Assembly: GCA_002811645.1 (NCBI GenBank)
Contig: PDIP01000023.1
Location: 85,439 to 149,438 of the forward strand
Direction: 5' to 3'
DNA length: 64,000 nt
Origin: Corallochytrium limacisporum Hawaii
Lineage: Eukaryota > Protista > Pluriformea
Each line of letters opens with the position of its first letter. Position 1 is the stretch's first letter. The translations under genes and the position numbers were made by a program. The notes beneath the pieces are model-generated. The model did no database searches. It was given only the letters and a program-made list of their open reading frames with translations, and was not told the origin of the DNA. Positions 9,746-20,816 of the stretch are shown piece by piece.

Positions 9746-11485
9746 TCAACCATCAGCAGCGGACGCGAATCCCTTTGCTTGGACATCTGGCACTCCGGCC
9801 TCTACAGCAGAGTTTGTTGATACCACTAGAGGTGCAACATCCTCTGCCTTTTCTTTGCCCTTTGATCGATGGCATTGGAAGTACCCACATGCCTTCGACC
9901 ACGGCTGTCTGCAGACCCAGCAGAATCGATGACCACAGTACGCGCAATGCATTCGGTTGCAGCCATCATCACGTTGGATGAAGATACAACACTGCGGGCA
10001 CCTCTTTGAGTTCTTCAGCTTCCAGATCAGATTTGCTGCTTCACTCGTTCCTCGGGTAGGGAGTTCGTCATCATTCGGTACATCCTCTGCACATGACTCG
10101 AGATACTTGAGCATCTCTTCTGCATAGTCCTCGCAAGTCTTCCCCTTATGATGAGTTGCAGCACCGCAATGCAGGCATACTGGTTCCTTGCATCCTGTGC
10201 AAGTTGCGTGAGGGTAGCGCCTTACATATTCGAACTGAAGGGGCACGTTGATCTCTTGAAGATCCTTGCAATGTAGCAGATCGCCGAGGAAGTGGGACAT
10301 CCATTCAGCTTCTTCTTTGAGACCCAAGAGGCACATCATCGACGGTAGCAATTCATCGGCTGGAATCTTCTGTCTTTGCACCTGAGATATTATGTCAGCA
10401 ACCAGACCTTTCATGTTCGGCCCAAGGCTCTTTTGGTGAGAATCCAATACATCAAGTGTAGATCTTGTGCACTTCTCGGGATCGACTACCGCAACAGACC
10501 CTGCACATTTCTGACAGTGACGAGTGAACGGTTGCGGGCACTCGCTCTTCTTGATGACTTCATTTCTCAGGTCTTCATCGAGATATTTCAGCACTGTTGG
10601 CAATTCGAGCTTGTCCGTGCACACTGGGCAATCAAATCTCGTTGGTGCGATGCCCCAGCTTGACTTTACACATTCATGGAAGTACTTCCGAATGCAGTCG
10701 CCACAGAACTGATCACCACAACGGGGAAGAATGATGTTGTATGTCTTGCTGAAGCAAATGTTGCAAGAAAGCATAACTTGCTTTGAAACATTCGCGGTCC
10801 AGTGGGGTCCTTGATTGCTCTGTGGTTGTGTGTGAGAAATCGTGGGAGTCACAAGTGGGTCTCGAGGGGAAGTCTTACTTAAGCACCGCTTCTTACTTGG
10901 TGGCCCACTATGGTCATGTGCTACCGCACGCTGTTTTTGATATGTGTCTTGACCACTCATGTGCCACGTGAACCCGTAGGGTCTCCCTCCAGAATGTCCC
11001 GTGCCGTGTTCTGTTGCAGGGGATTGAGTTGCTGCCGTGTACCCTCTCCAGTGGGGTTGTGGGACGGACGAACACGGTGCGGCCGATGATTGGTGTGTGT
11101 TGTACCCGGGTGCAAGTGACTGGACTCCATTATATGGTGGAGGTGGCGGATATTTGTATGGCGCAGTTGCTGTATGCCACTGCCCATAGTGCGATTGTTG
11201 TGCACTTGTTGGTTGGTACATGACTGCGGGGTATGTCTGTTCCGGCCAGACTCCCGTTGTCATGTAAAGTCCCTGTGTCATCCCCGAGGGTGTATGTCCT
11301 GTCTGTGGAGCCATGGGCATCGATGCCTGTGTCACTTGGGAGTTCATGGATCCGTAGTGATGTGCAGCACTTGACGACGGTCCGGGTGCAGTTCCTTCCA
11401 TAGGTTTGCTTACATAGTATGGAAGTGAATACTCGGGTTCCCTTCCCCGGATCCCGGGCGGATACTGTGCGTGGCTGTCGTACAT
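9746..11485 (-). CDS. RBR (RING-IBR-RING) E3 ubiquitin ligase with P/Y/Q/H-rich N-terminal disordered region
   Basis: RING1 CNIC..CGDQFCGDC..CPVC, split IBR, RING2 KRCPQCCIFIQRDDGCNRMHCAYCGHRFCWVC. The ORF-track start at 11515 is TTG; first ATG is 11485. Confidence 0.9.
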   Translation of the reverse strand: MYDSHAQYPPGIRGREPEYSLPYYVSKPMEGTAPGPSSSAAHHYGSMNSQVTQASMPMAPQTGHTPSGMTQGLYMTTGVWPEQTYPAVMYQPTSAQQSHYGQWHTATAPYKYPPPPPYNGVQSLAPGYNTHQSSAAPCSSVPQPHWRGYTAATQSPATEHGTGHSGGRPYGFTWHMSGQDTYQKQRAVAHDHSGPPSKKRCLSKTSPRDPLVTPTISHTQPQSNQGPHWTANVSKQVMLSCNICFSKTYNIILPRCGDQFCGDCIRKYFHECVKSSWGIAPTRFDCPVCTDKLELPTVLKYLDEDLRNEVIKKSECPQPFTRHCQKCAGSVAVVDPEKCTRSTLDVLDSHQKSLGPNMKGLVADIISQVQRQKIPADELLPSMMCLLGLKEEAEWMSHFLGDLLHCKDLQEINVPLQFEYVRRYPHATCTGCKEPVCLHCGAATHHKGKTCEDYAEEMLKYLESCAEDVPNDDELPTRGTSEAANLIWKLKNSKRCPQCCIFIQRDDGCNRMHCAYCGHRFCWVCRQPWSKACGYFQCHRSKGKEKAEDVAPLVVSTNSAVEAGVPDVQAKGFASAADG

Positions 11486-11620
11486 CGTGTCGTTGGCGTA
11501 GTACGGTAACGCCAATATCGATCCGATATGCTTATCACATGCCTAGTGTAGCCCACTGCTCCCTATATCTCTCCATGCAGCAGACTATCGCGGTGAATGT
11601 ACCGAGAGATCTGTCGTATC

Positions 11621-11629
11621 ACATACCTG
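11621..11629 (-). promoter_or_regulatory. Recurrent upstream element CAGGTATGT (RBR ligase)
   Basis: GT at 11626, 141 nt before ATG 11485. Confidence 0.5.
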
Positions 11630-14600
11630 GCGGTGCAGTATGCTCTTGTCCCAGTCACCTTCCAACGGACCAATGGACTAAAACCTATCCCCTAGACTAC
11701 GACTTCAATACGCGGACGTAGCGCTTCCGAGTCTAGACGGAATCACAAATGCCGTCTTCGCCGACCCGTCGAACCAGGTCAACACTTCAATCCGAATGTG
11801 AATATCACTCGGGTGTCTTGGTGCATAAAACTCATTAGCCACACTCAGAGGGGCCTTTAAAGGTAGTTCCTGATCCGTTCCTGGATCCATCTCCCACTGT
11901 TCCCTCGCTCCCACCTTCCCCCCCTCCTCCCCCCGGGGCGGGGAGGGGGCCGTTCGCCGCCTGCCGCTTTCCCCCGCTGCCCGTCCGAACCCATCCAATC
12001 CTCCGAGCTGACCCACAGTGACCAACCCTATTCTACACCGGCACACTAACGACACACACGTCCGTTCCGGTATCATGAGTTTGGGCCCATAATCAATCAA
12101 TGGTCGTCCGAACGTGCGTTTCTTACATGTCTTCCTCTTCTCGGAAATCACGGACGTACGCACCTTGGATGTGTGACAATCCGCAATGTCTGGTCTACTC
12201 GGGTTGAATTGGTTATTGATGGAAAAAGAGGGTAAAAGTTAGAATCACTGAACAGTGTGAAAAGAGATTAGGGCGGAGCAAAGAAAAAAACTCAGAATCA
12301 TTAAAACCATAGCGGACTAGAGCAATGGTGTTATTAGCTCATTTAACGAAATGAATGATGAATTGAGGTTTTGCTTACACCTTGTCAAGTCCGTCCTCCC
12401 CGATCCTCGGTTTGCTGCAGCATAGAGGACTGCAGCTCGAACCCGCCGTGTGGCACGACGGTGCAGCTGCACACTACTGGAAGGATGGTTCGGGTGCAGT
12501 GCAATTTAGGATAGGAAAAGAGACTGCACGATGCATCCATCCAAGTCACTGATATCAATGAGACGCGTGCCATTTATCAGCTTCCTGTGTTGATCCAGTG
12601 ATCTTTCAGGCACACTGCAGTCTTCCCGTTCATCCTTTTTTGTTCCAACCCTGGTATGTCTCTTACTGCCACCCACAAGAAGTTCTTCAGTGTTCTCTCC
12701 CTGTGTTATCTCCTCCAGAAGAAATTCGATGGCAAGCAGGCCTGTATCCCGGTCCCTATGGCATGCAGCTTGTTTGCCGAAAATTTTGGTTGGTGTCACT
12801 CCCTCGTATCACAGTGGGCCTGCATGATTGCAGTGGGTTTAACCCGCACTTCCTCAATGCAGCGGCTAAGGACTTCTTAAAGTTGACTTCATGCCAGGAC
12901 TGGGAGAACTTGCGTTCTCTCGGAGCGGACTGTGTGTTGGTATCTGTCGCTGCGCTGCTTGCGCAGAAACCGGAAAACGACAGAAACCGCTCACCCGCGG
13001 AGATCATTTTCTTTGAACTTGCGAAGTTCTCTCTTCTCACCCACGCACCCGAATGTCTCTCCCAAACTCTCTCATCATTCCCTGTTTCGCTGTCCTTCCG
13101 GTATATCTGTTACACGCCGGACGGGTTTTCGTTCCCTATTCCCTTTCTCGTCTGACGGCTGATGGCAGACCCCTGCCTTGGTTGCCGGTGCGCTAACTCC
13201 GTATGTCCTTATAGTTTCCCTCCCCTTTGAACACCTTCGACCGTCGTCGACAGAAAAAAGTCGTCAGCTGCTTATTCCAACGTCTGCGATCAGCGCGTGT
13301 CGTGGAGGCATGTCCCCTGCTGGTGGGTACATGGTGCTATCTCGGTTACAGTTCCTTTTCCTTTGAGCCTTTCTTTCTGAAACTGTCTCGATCTGCCCGG
13401 TGTTCCCCACATCCCGGTGGCGCTCGCGCTGCATCGGCAGGGGCACATATCCAAAACGAACGCATGAAGGGGGACAGCCGCGGTTGCAACACAACTGAGA
13501 GGCCGAGCAACAAGGCTTGACCGAGGAGGAAACGACAGAAGAACGAAAATACAGGAACTGGGGAGGAGAATTTAAGGTTTAGTATTGGCACAGTAAAGTG
13601 TCAAGTTTCTCGGGAGAACCGGGCGCCAAGATCATTCGTCTCCAACGTTGCGGTACGATGGGATGTGAAACCTGCCCCTGCCCCGCCTGGCAGCCGTCGA
13701 GCTCTCAGATCTAAGTTGGCTATCTGTCTGTTTGCCAAAAAGGAATTCCCAACTCTCAAGGCATAGGGAGCAAGACCAAGCTCTTGGTTCCCTATATGCC
13801 CTGTACAAGCTCGCGCGCACGTTTGCTGCCGCCGATGGTGCGTGGGGGGGGGGGGCGGACGCGAGTCGATGTCTTTTGGCTATCTCTGGGCTACGGGCTT
13901 CTTGAACAACGGAATTCACGATGGTCCCAACAACTCGCAGCACTTCTGACAATCTGCCTGGCCTGCAGTGGAACACTAGCACAGCCGGGTCCCTTAAATG
14001 GTGTTGAGGACGCAACCCGCAGGAGAGCTGAAGAAGTAATTGTGTACTAAGGAATTTTGGTGTTGAAAAAATTGCAAGGATCCCCCCTTGTCATCATCAT
14101 CACCACAGCACGCTGACGAACATCAGAAGAACCAGCAGAATGTCATCAAGAGGGATATCAAAATTACCCTGCGCTGCACTCATCAAGTACGTAGAGAGAC
14201 AAAGACGGCAGGTGTCTGATTTAAGAAGCCATTAGACCCAACCACAGCCGCGGCGGCGGCAGGCTACGGACATCAAGAGAGACAACCCCCCCTTCTCAGA
14301 ACCGACTGTAGAGCAAGCGCCTTGGATAGGATGTTGAAAAAAAACGGACCCCGGCGGCTGCCTCGCCCTTTTGGAGATTCATGCTCTCATCTTTTGCCCC
14401 CCCCCCTCCCCCGCCCCCGTTGCCTACCACTTATACGAACACACACAACGGACACTGAAGGGGGCTCAGGTCACTTCCCTTTTGCGGCGTGCCATGGTCA
14501 TCTTTCCGATAAATGCACGGTCCTGGGGCGTCAATTTTTTTTTCTGCGGGGCTACTGGTGGTAGTAAACCAGAAAGCTCCGAACTCGTACGCACAGAGAT

Positions 14601-16030
14601 CAGAGAGAGCACGGAACGTTGTACCCGTTGCTGCGATGCCATCTTCCTGCCGATCCTGTAGTCAGTTGGTTCCCAGCGTCAATTTGCACCTTACTTTTCA
14701 TCGCAGCATTCTTGTTCCACACCCCTCCATTAGCAGGCCCAAGCGGGAAACTCTACCGTCTTCCTTGTGCGTAAGCGCAACGCATATCGGTGGCCTTCAA
14801 CATCTTTCTGATGGTCCACGGTCACAGCTGATCGAGCTCGTCCACAGGTCCAGCACTTTTTCGTGAACCAATGACGTATTGTGTCGCCGTCATCTTATGT
14901 ATGTCGGTGGCCCAATTGTAATTTGACAGCTTGTAGGGCAAAGGGAGAGGTCCTCCGTAGATAATCGACCAGTTGATGGTCACCTCCTGAAACGCAGAGG
15001 ATCTGTCCAGCATTATCCTATTGGCCCGTCTGGACAAGATTCGTGTTTGCATCATGCTGTGCTCCGTGTGAAATCTTTCGAGGATTTGCCGGAGGTGATG
15101 TCCCTCGTCACGGAAGTCCCTGTGAGGCAGTGCTCACACGGGGCCTACACAATATCTCCCAACTATATGCATGATCTAGTTGATGCGTTCATTGGAATGG
15201 ATCAGGAAGGGATGGAAGGGTGTAGATGGATGGATGTTCCAACCACGATATGAATGGAGAATACATGATCGTCCCATGCGTTGTACACCACCAATCCAAA
15301 CGACAAAAGACTCAAATCTGTTCTTTTTCGAATGTTTTACTGATCCACCTTCGAGTAAAAGGTCTAAGAATGAGGGAAACCGCTAACGGTGGTCTGGTAG
15401 GAGCACCGACTGGTCCACATTGTTGCCTACATACGGGAACACTCCACGGCGACCAACTGTTGACGCAACCCTTTCCTTGCGAGTGGTGTCAATTAGGAGC
15501 GTCTTGATTTCAACTATGCGCCGGGTACCATATGATGTAGTATTGCAGTAGGAACATAGCGGTCTTGCGGGAGGAACTACCTATCACCTTGCTATCTCCA
15601 GTAGCGTCAGATCTGTCCAACCCAACCATTCAAGCCGGAGTACCATCATCATCTACCGATGGTCCCATGGTCACACTTGTCCGGTAAATGAATGGACCAG
15701 TGCCCACAGACATGTTCGAAGAAGTGCAAGTGGTGCTCTTTGTGCGGTTATAGGCCATAGTTATCCCGTATCAACATACACCGCCAGTTGAGTATTGCGA
15801 TACAGATCGCATTTTCTCCCTTCGAGATATGATATGTATTGATTATTTTATATTGATATTTGTATTCGTCCGGTTAAAGCGGAGAAAACAGCCTCTGGCG
15901 ACCTCTCTCCCCTTTTAACTGCGGACCCACGCGCCATGAAATGTGGGGGGTACCAGCAGCAGCTGCAGAATTACTGGACGTGCAACTCTGAGCTCGTACG
16001 GAACCATACTTCGTCAGTTTTCAAGAAGCT

Positions 16031-16039
16031 CAGGTATTT
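16031..16039 (+). promoter_or_regulatory. Recurrent upstream element CAGGTATTT (MRPS14)
   Basis: GT at 16034, 93 nt before ATG. Confidence 0.5.
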
Positions 16040-16126
16040 GCAGTTTTGGATATCATGGTGTCTAATGACTGGAACTGATTATGTGGAAATCTGGGTTTAT
16101 CTGTGAAGAAGAAGACTAGTGTCAAG

Positions 16127-16417
16127 ATGGTGGCACCGTTGTTGCATCTGAGCCATAAGATGCTTAGGGATTTGTCCCGGCGCAAGCTGGCTGCCCAGAA
16201 TGAAATCCCTCGCAAAATAATGAAGACGGTGCTTAAGCAGGATCCAACTAGGATGGATGTGCGGTCAAATTTGGAACTGCTGCCGGGACGGCCGACATTA
16301 GTAAAAAACCGTTGCATTATCACAGGTCGGGGACGGATCGTGAGCAGTAAATGGGGCATGTCTCGTCACGCTCTGAAGGACATGTTTGAAGAGCGGGATC
16401 CTAAGTATCTCGTATAA
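16127..16417 (+). CDS. MRPS14: Mitochondrial ribosomal protein uS14m
   Basis: RDLSRRKL..E..R and VKNRCIITGRGR..KWGMSR are the S14 signature. First ATG at 16127. C-terminus is divergent. Confidence 0.8.
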   Translation: MVAPLLHLSHKMLRDLSRRKLAAQNEIPRKIMKTVLKQDPTRMDVRSNLELLPGRPTLVKNRCIITGRGRIVSSKWGMSRHALKDMFEERDPKYLV

Positions 16418-16977
16418 AGTAAGTATCACACTGTCATTCTTATGACCCCATGAAGCAAGATCCTGGTAAAGGGACATGGTACAACATGCGCAGGACCTAG
16501 CGGCTCGCCCTTCGATTTCGAGTACGGGGAATATAGATGCCTCCTGAATCCTGCAAGATGTCGGAATCCTTATGTTTGAATAGTCACGGACCCCCTGAAG
16601 TGGCTATATAGAATGGATGCAATAATTTTACTTGTTTCCCGAACCTTGATCTTGTTTACTCTCTCTAGCCCATGTTCAAGCATGCTGACAAAATTTTCAT
16701 TCTCTTCCTGTCACTATCCCACAGAACACAATCAGGCAAAGGCATCTGGAATGCTTTTATATCAAAAACAAAATTGCACGACTGGAAAAGGGCGACTCAA
16801 TACTTGTGTTCTATACAAGGGATATGGGTGTTGCCTACTGTACCAGCAATCTAATATATTGTACTTTGAGTAGTACAAAGTTAATTATGAAGTCTGTGAG
16901 ATGAGGTTATTGTGAGAAAGTCTCTGTCACTATTAAGTTTAAGGCATCTGTGCAGATTTTCAGTGCTCCCCGACAGC

Positions 16978-19632
16978 TCATGCCTCATCACCAATAAAGT
17001 CACCATACTCCCATATGCCACGGTGGGCCTTCAGGGCCTGCTCCTCAGCGGCGACGTAGGTCTTCAACAGGTCCTGCAAGCGGCGTTCCCGACGCTGCTC
17101 AACACGGGCACCTCCCTGTCCGACTACGAACATGCCCGCGTCCCGACCCTGGCCACCTGCCTCCTTTAAAGTGACGTAGCTGTGGCCGTTGGCGGAGTAT
17201 TCAGTGTTCATCTGGCAACGGGCATTGGTGAACGCACCGCGGAGGACCTGCAGACCCTCGGCGTAGTAGTCGTCGTCCTCCGGGGGCACCAGAAAGGCGA
17301 GATACTGCTCAGAGGCACATGGCGCAAGAGTACCGCACCCATCAGGCAAGGGTGCGAGGCGGTCGGATCCAACGGTCTCGGTGTTACCGTAGTCGACGTA
17401 GAGGACAGTGCATTTGTCACCGTCCTTTTTCAAGATCTTGGCACGGTACCAAGCGTCGTCAACAAACTTGGCGGCTACCAGAGCTCCAGAAGCAGCAGAG
17501 ACCGGAGCGGCAGCCTTGACGGCACCATTAAGCTTACCCATAAGGCTTTCGAGGTCTTTAACGTTGCGAGTTTCCTGAACCCACAGCCTGTGGGGACCGG
17601 CGACCTCGCTGACTATCACTTCCTTGTAGTTCACGGTACGCTCAGCGGGCTCTTCCTTGACTTCCTCGACGGGCTGCTCGGAGTAGTTGAGCCAAATGTT
17701 GAGTTTCTGCTCGCGGGCGGTGTCCTCGGCGCGGAAGAGATCATGGCTGAAGCCCAGATCCTCCGCGGCACGGGGTACAACAGAGGCGTAGCCAGCCTTG
17801 ACAAGTTCAATAGACAGGTTCTGGCCACCAACAGAAAGCACGCCCATGAAAGCACCACCACGATCCACCCCGACAATTTCGACCTCGACGTCCATCTGGG
17901 AGCACAAGCTCTTGGCATAGGTCAAGGCTTCCTTGGAGTAAGGCTCACCTTCCTCGTTCGCACTGCGGGCACCGCGGGGCGTCTGGATGCCTGCGAGAAC
18001 CAGAGTAATCAGGTTGTTGTCCTTTGTGAGCAGGATCCGGAAGCGACTCGCGCTAATACACATTTCCACGACGCCACTGTGCTTACCACCGCGTTGCAGG
18101 AAGGGCAGCATCTGCTTGGCCTTGTTCAGATCGCGACCGAGGTCATTGATGCGCAGGACACCAGGGTCCTTATTGGAATAGATACCCTTCTTCTGTTCCT
18201 GGGCGCGGTGTTCGGCAGCGAGCAGATCATCATAGCAAGAGGACCGCTCAATGTCGTCCTTGCGGTGGCGGACGGGGGAGGCCACACCACGTGCGATCAA
18301 TGCCTCAGCAACGTTCAGGGTGCCCTGCTTGACCGTAGCACACACCTTTTCAGGGTATCCCTCGTTGGCTGGCTTAATATAGTCAATCTCCACAGTGACT
18401 GGCTTGCCGATCAGCTTCTTGCGGATGTACTCCCGAGCATCGTGGATCCAGGGGTTGGTCAGATGGATCGACAGACCACCTTTCTGCTGCGGTTCGTCAG
18501 ATTTCTCCTCACCCGGCTTGGATTTCACTTGACGAAGACTGCTCAGGTGCACCCGACGGATGTCTCCAGACCCGTGCAGCACACCGATGGCTTCTGGGGA
18601 GTAAATCTCAACGACGCGGCCCTGGTACTTCTTCTCACTCAGGCCGGCCGTGCTGGATTGGGCCGTGGCCGCATCGTAGTTCTTCCAAATGCGTTTTTTG
18701 CCGCCCTTGGCAGCGCTCTCCGCGCCACGGTAGGAATCCCTTCCCTCAGTCAGCATGGCAATGGACCAGTCCGCGACCTTGGCGAAACCTTCTTGCAGCA
18801 ATAGGGTGCTGATGTTACCAGCCGGGTGGATCAGGGTACCCATGAACATATCCTGACCGCTCAGACCCTCCAGGCGCACCCGCAGGTCCCGTTGCAACAC
18901 ACGGCTTTCTACGAAGAACTTAGCCTCCTCGGCAAAAGGTTCAGCGACATCCTTGTCACCCTCCCGACGGATACTCTGGGCCTTGATTCCGGTGAGCTGT
19001 AGCGTAATGTACTGGAAGCTGGGCATCAGGAACACACGGTACATATTGGCATCACGGACCTGCTCCACGATGCAGGGGACACCTTCTTTGCCCTTCTTCT
19101 TGTCTAGGAATCCTTTGGGGTTACCAATTGACCACTGAATATCGCGTACGGCCTTCTCGGCCTCCGGAGAGTGGACTCCTTTGTTGTCGGATGCGGCCTC
19201 TGCCTGTGCAGCTTGGAGTTCATCAACCAGGTCACCGCTCAGCTTACCCTCCCGAACAGTGCACGTACCTTCCTTGACTGCCATTAGGCTAACATTGGTA
19301 CCCTTGAACCAGACGTTTCCCACAGTGCGCTTGGAGTTGGGAATAGTGCGCACAAGCTCGAATTCCAAGGGCTGGCCGACCAGAGTTTTACGCAGAAACT
19401 CCCGAGATTCCCAGGCGTAGGGCTCATCCTTGGCATCCGGTCCGTTCTCCTGTCCCTGACGAGGACGACGCTCCATGCGAGGAGCCTTAACGTAGTCCAG
19501 AGAGATCTGATACTCCGGAGGAGGACCACCCTTGGGAGTGCCACGCACAACAAGGGAGTCACCGCTGGTGACTTCCTTGACCACGCCACGGAGCTTGCCC
19601 TTTGGCAATGAGCTGCTGGTAAGATCAGGCAT
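16978..19632 (-). CDS. SND1: Tudor staphylococcal nuclease
   Basis: Four SNase repeats (DEPYAWESREFLRK, EPFAEEAKFFVESRVLQRD), Tudor (DDAWYRAKI..VDYGNTE), terminal GIWEYGDF. ATG at 19632. Confidence 0.96.
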   Translation of the reverse strand: MPDLTSSSLPKGKLRGVVKEVTSGDSLVVRGTPKGGPPPEYQISLDYVKAPRMERRPRQGQENGPDAKDEPYAWESREFLRKTLVGQPLEFELVRTIPNSKRTVGNVWFKGTNVSLMAVKEGTCTVREGKLSGDLVDELQAAQAEAASDNKGVHSPEAEKAVRDIQWSIGNPKGFLDKKKGKEGVPCIVEQVRDANMYRVFLMPSFQYITLQLTGIKAQSIRREGDKDVAEPFAEEAKFFVESRVLQRDLRVRLEGLSGQDMFMGTLIHPAGNISTLLLQEGFAKVADWSIAMLTEGRDSYRGAESAAKGGKKRIWKNYDAATAQSSTAGLSEKKYQGRVVEIYSPEAIGVLHGSGDIRRVHLSSLRQVKSKPGEEKSDEPQQKGGLSIHLTNPWIHDAREYIRKKLIGKPVTVEIDYIKPANEGYPEKVCATVKQGTLNVAEALIARGVASPVRHRKDDIERSSCYDDLLAAEHRAQEQKKGIYSNKDPGVLRINDLGRDLNKAKQMLPFLQRGGKHSGVVEMCISASRFRILLTKDNNLITLVLAGIQTPRGARSANEEGEPYSKEALTYAKSLCSQMDVEVEIVGVDRGGAFMGVLSVGGQNLSIELVKAGYASVVPRAAEDLGFSHDLFRAEDTAREQKLNIWLNYSEQPVEEVKEEPAERTVNYKEVIVSEVAGPHRLWVQETRNVKDLESLMGKLNGAVKAAAPVSAASGALVAAKFVDDAWYRAKILKKDGDKCTVLYVDYGNTETVGSDRLAPLPDGCGTLAPCASEQYLAFLVPPEDDDYYAEGLQVLRGAFTNARCQMNTEYSANGHSYVTLKEAGGQGRDAGMFVVGQGGARVEQRRERRLQDLLKTYVAAEEQALKAHRGIWEYGDFIGDEA

Positions 19633-20816
19633 TGTATTGGGTTGGTGGTATGATAGCCGACCGAAACGATGTATGAAACGCCACGATCTTGTCTGGAGGC
19701 CGGAGTGAGACCTGCACTGTTTTCGAATAGCTGTTTGCACTCTAGCTCTCCCTCCCCTCCCCCCCCGCTGGCAGTGAGACCGCCCCAACAAGCCCACTCA
19801 CAATACATTCGACACGTGAATTCCTTTGCACAGTGCGACTAAAAACCGCCCACCGTCACACCCCGACAATTCTTCCCTGTCAGTTTTTTCTTGCCTTTTG
19901 CTACGTAAACAAGAGGCCAAAAGAGGGAACAGGTTCCCCCCNNNNNNNNNNNNNNNNNNNNNNNNNNNNNNNNNNNNNNNNNNNNNNNNNNNNNNNNNNN
20001 NNNNNNNNNNNNNNNNNNNNNNNNNNNNNNNNNNNNNNNNNNNNNNNNNNNNNNNNNNNNNNNNNNNNNNNNNNNNNNNNNNNNNNNNNNNNNNNNNNNN
20101 NNNNNNNNNNNNNNNNNNNNNNNNNNNNNNNNNNNNNNNNNNNNNNNNNNNNNNNNNCCCCTCCCTCCCTTCCCCCTCCCCACAGCACCAACTTTTCCCC
20201 ATCCCACTTCCCCAGTGATTGTTATGCCTTTTGGCTTCCCATTCGGACCCACCGCCACGGGGATAATCCCACTAACCCCCCTCCCCCCGGGGGGGGGGGA
20301 CTTCTCCAGTTGTCGGCGGGTGTTTATGCCAGTCCGTGGACACCCTCTCCAGCTAATGGGGTCCTCATGGTGACCGCGAAAGTATAAAAAATGTACGGGA
20401 ACGTTCTCGGCAAAGTGGATCACCGACAACGAAGCAAAGGAAAGAGGGGAAGTGATTGGACTGCGGGACGGAAGTTGAGCGGGCCACAAACACTTCGGCT
20501 GGCCCCGGGCCCTGAAGGGAGTGGGCAGCCACGGACAATAAATTGATCTGTGTTGGTGGCGGACCCAGAGGGTCCCCTTGCTTTTTTCTCTTTCTATTGG
20601 ACCGAGTGATCGTTGAAACCAAGGAGGGGTTAATCACGGAGTTTAAGTATATCCGGAATGTTATAAAATATTGAAATTGTCGCTTAATATCATTGAATGC
20701 AATATGACGCTACTTTTACATTTGGAGCGGCCTCCTGGGATCCCGAGAGGAACCCACCTAGGTGGGACCCGTTGGTGGGGGCACCAGGAAACCCGTCGGG
20801 ACGGTCGGGTTTGGTG

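Noticed and set aside
15420-15500. SH3-like GRRGVFPYV fragment on the minus strand
   Set aside because: Remaining SH3 motifs (ALYDY, WW) are absent.
15600-15660. Box C/D-like ATGATGA...CTGA on the minus strand
   Set aside because: Only about 45 nt, poor kink-turn geometry and no recognisable rRNA guide.
17182-18804. 540-aa plus-strand ORF
   Set aside because: Antisense shadow of the codon-biased SND1 gene; no domain signal.
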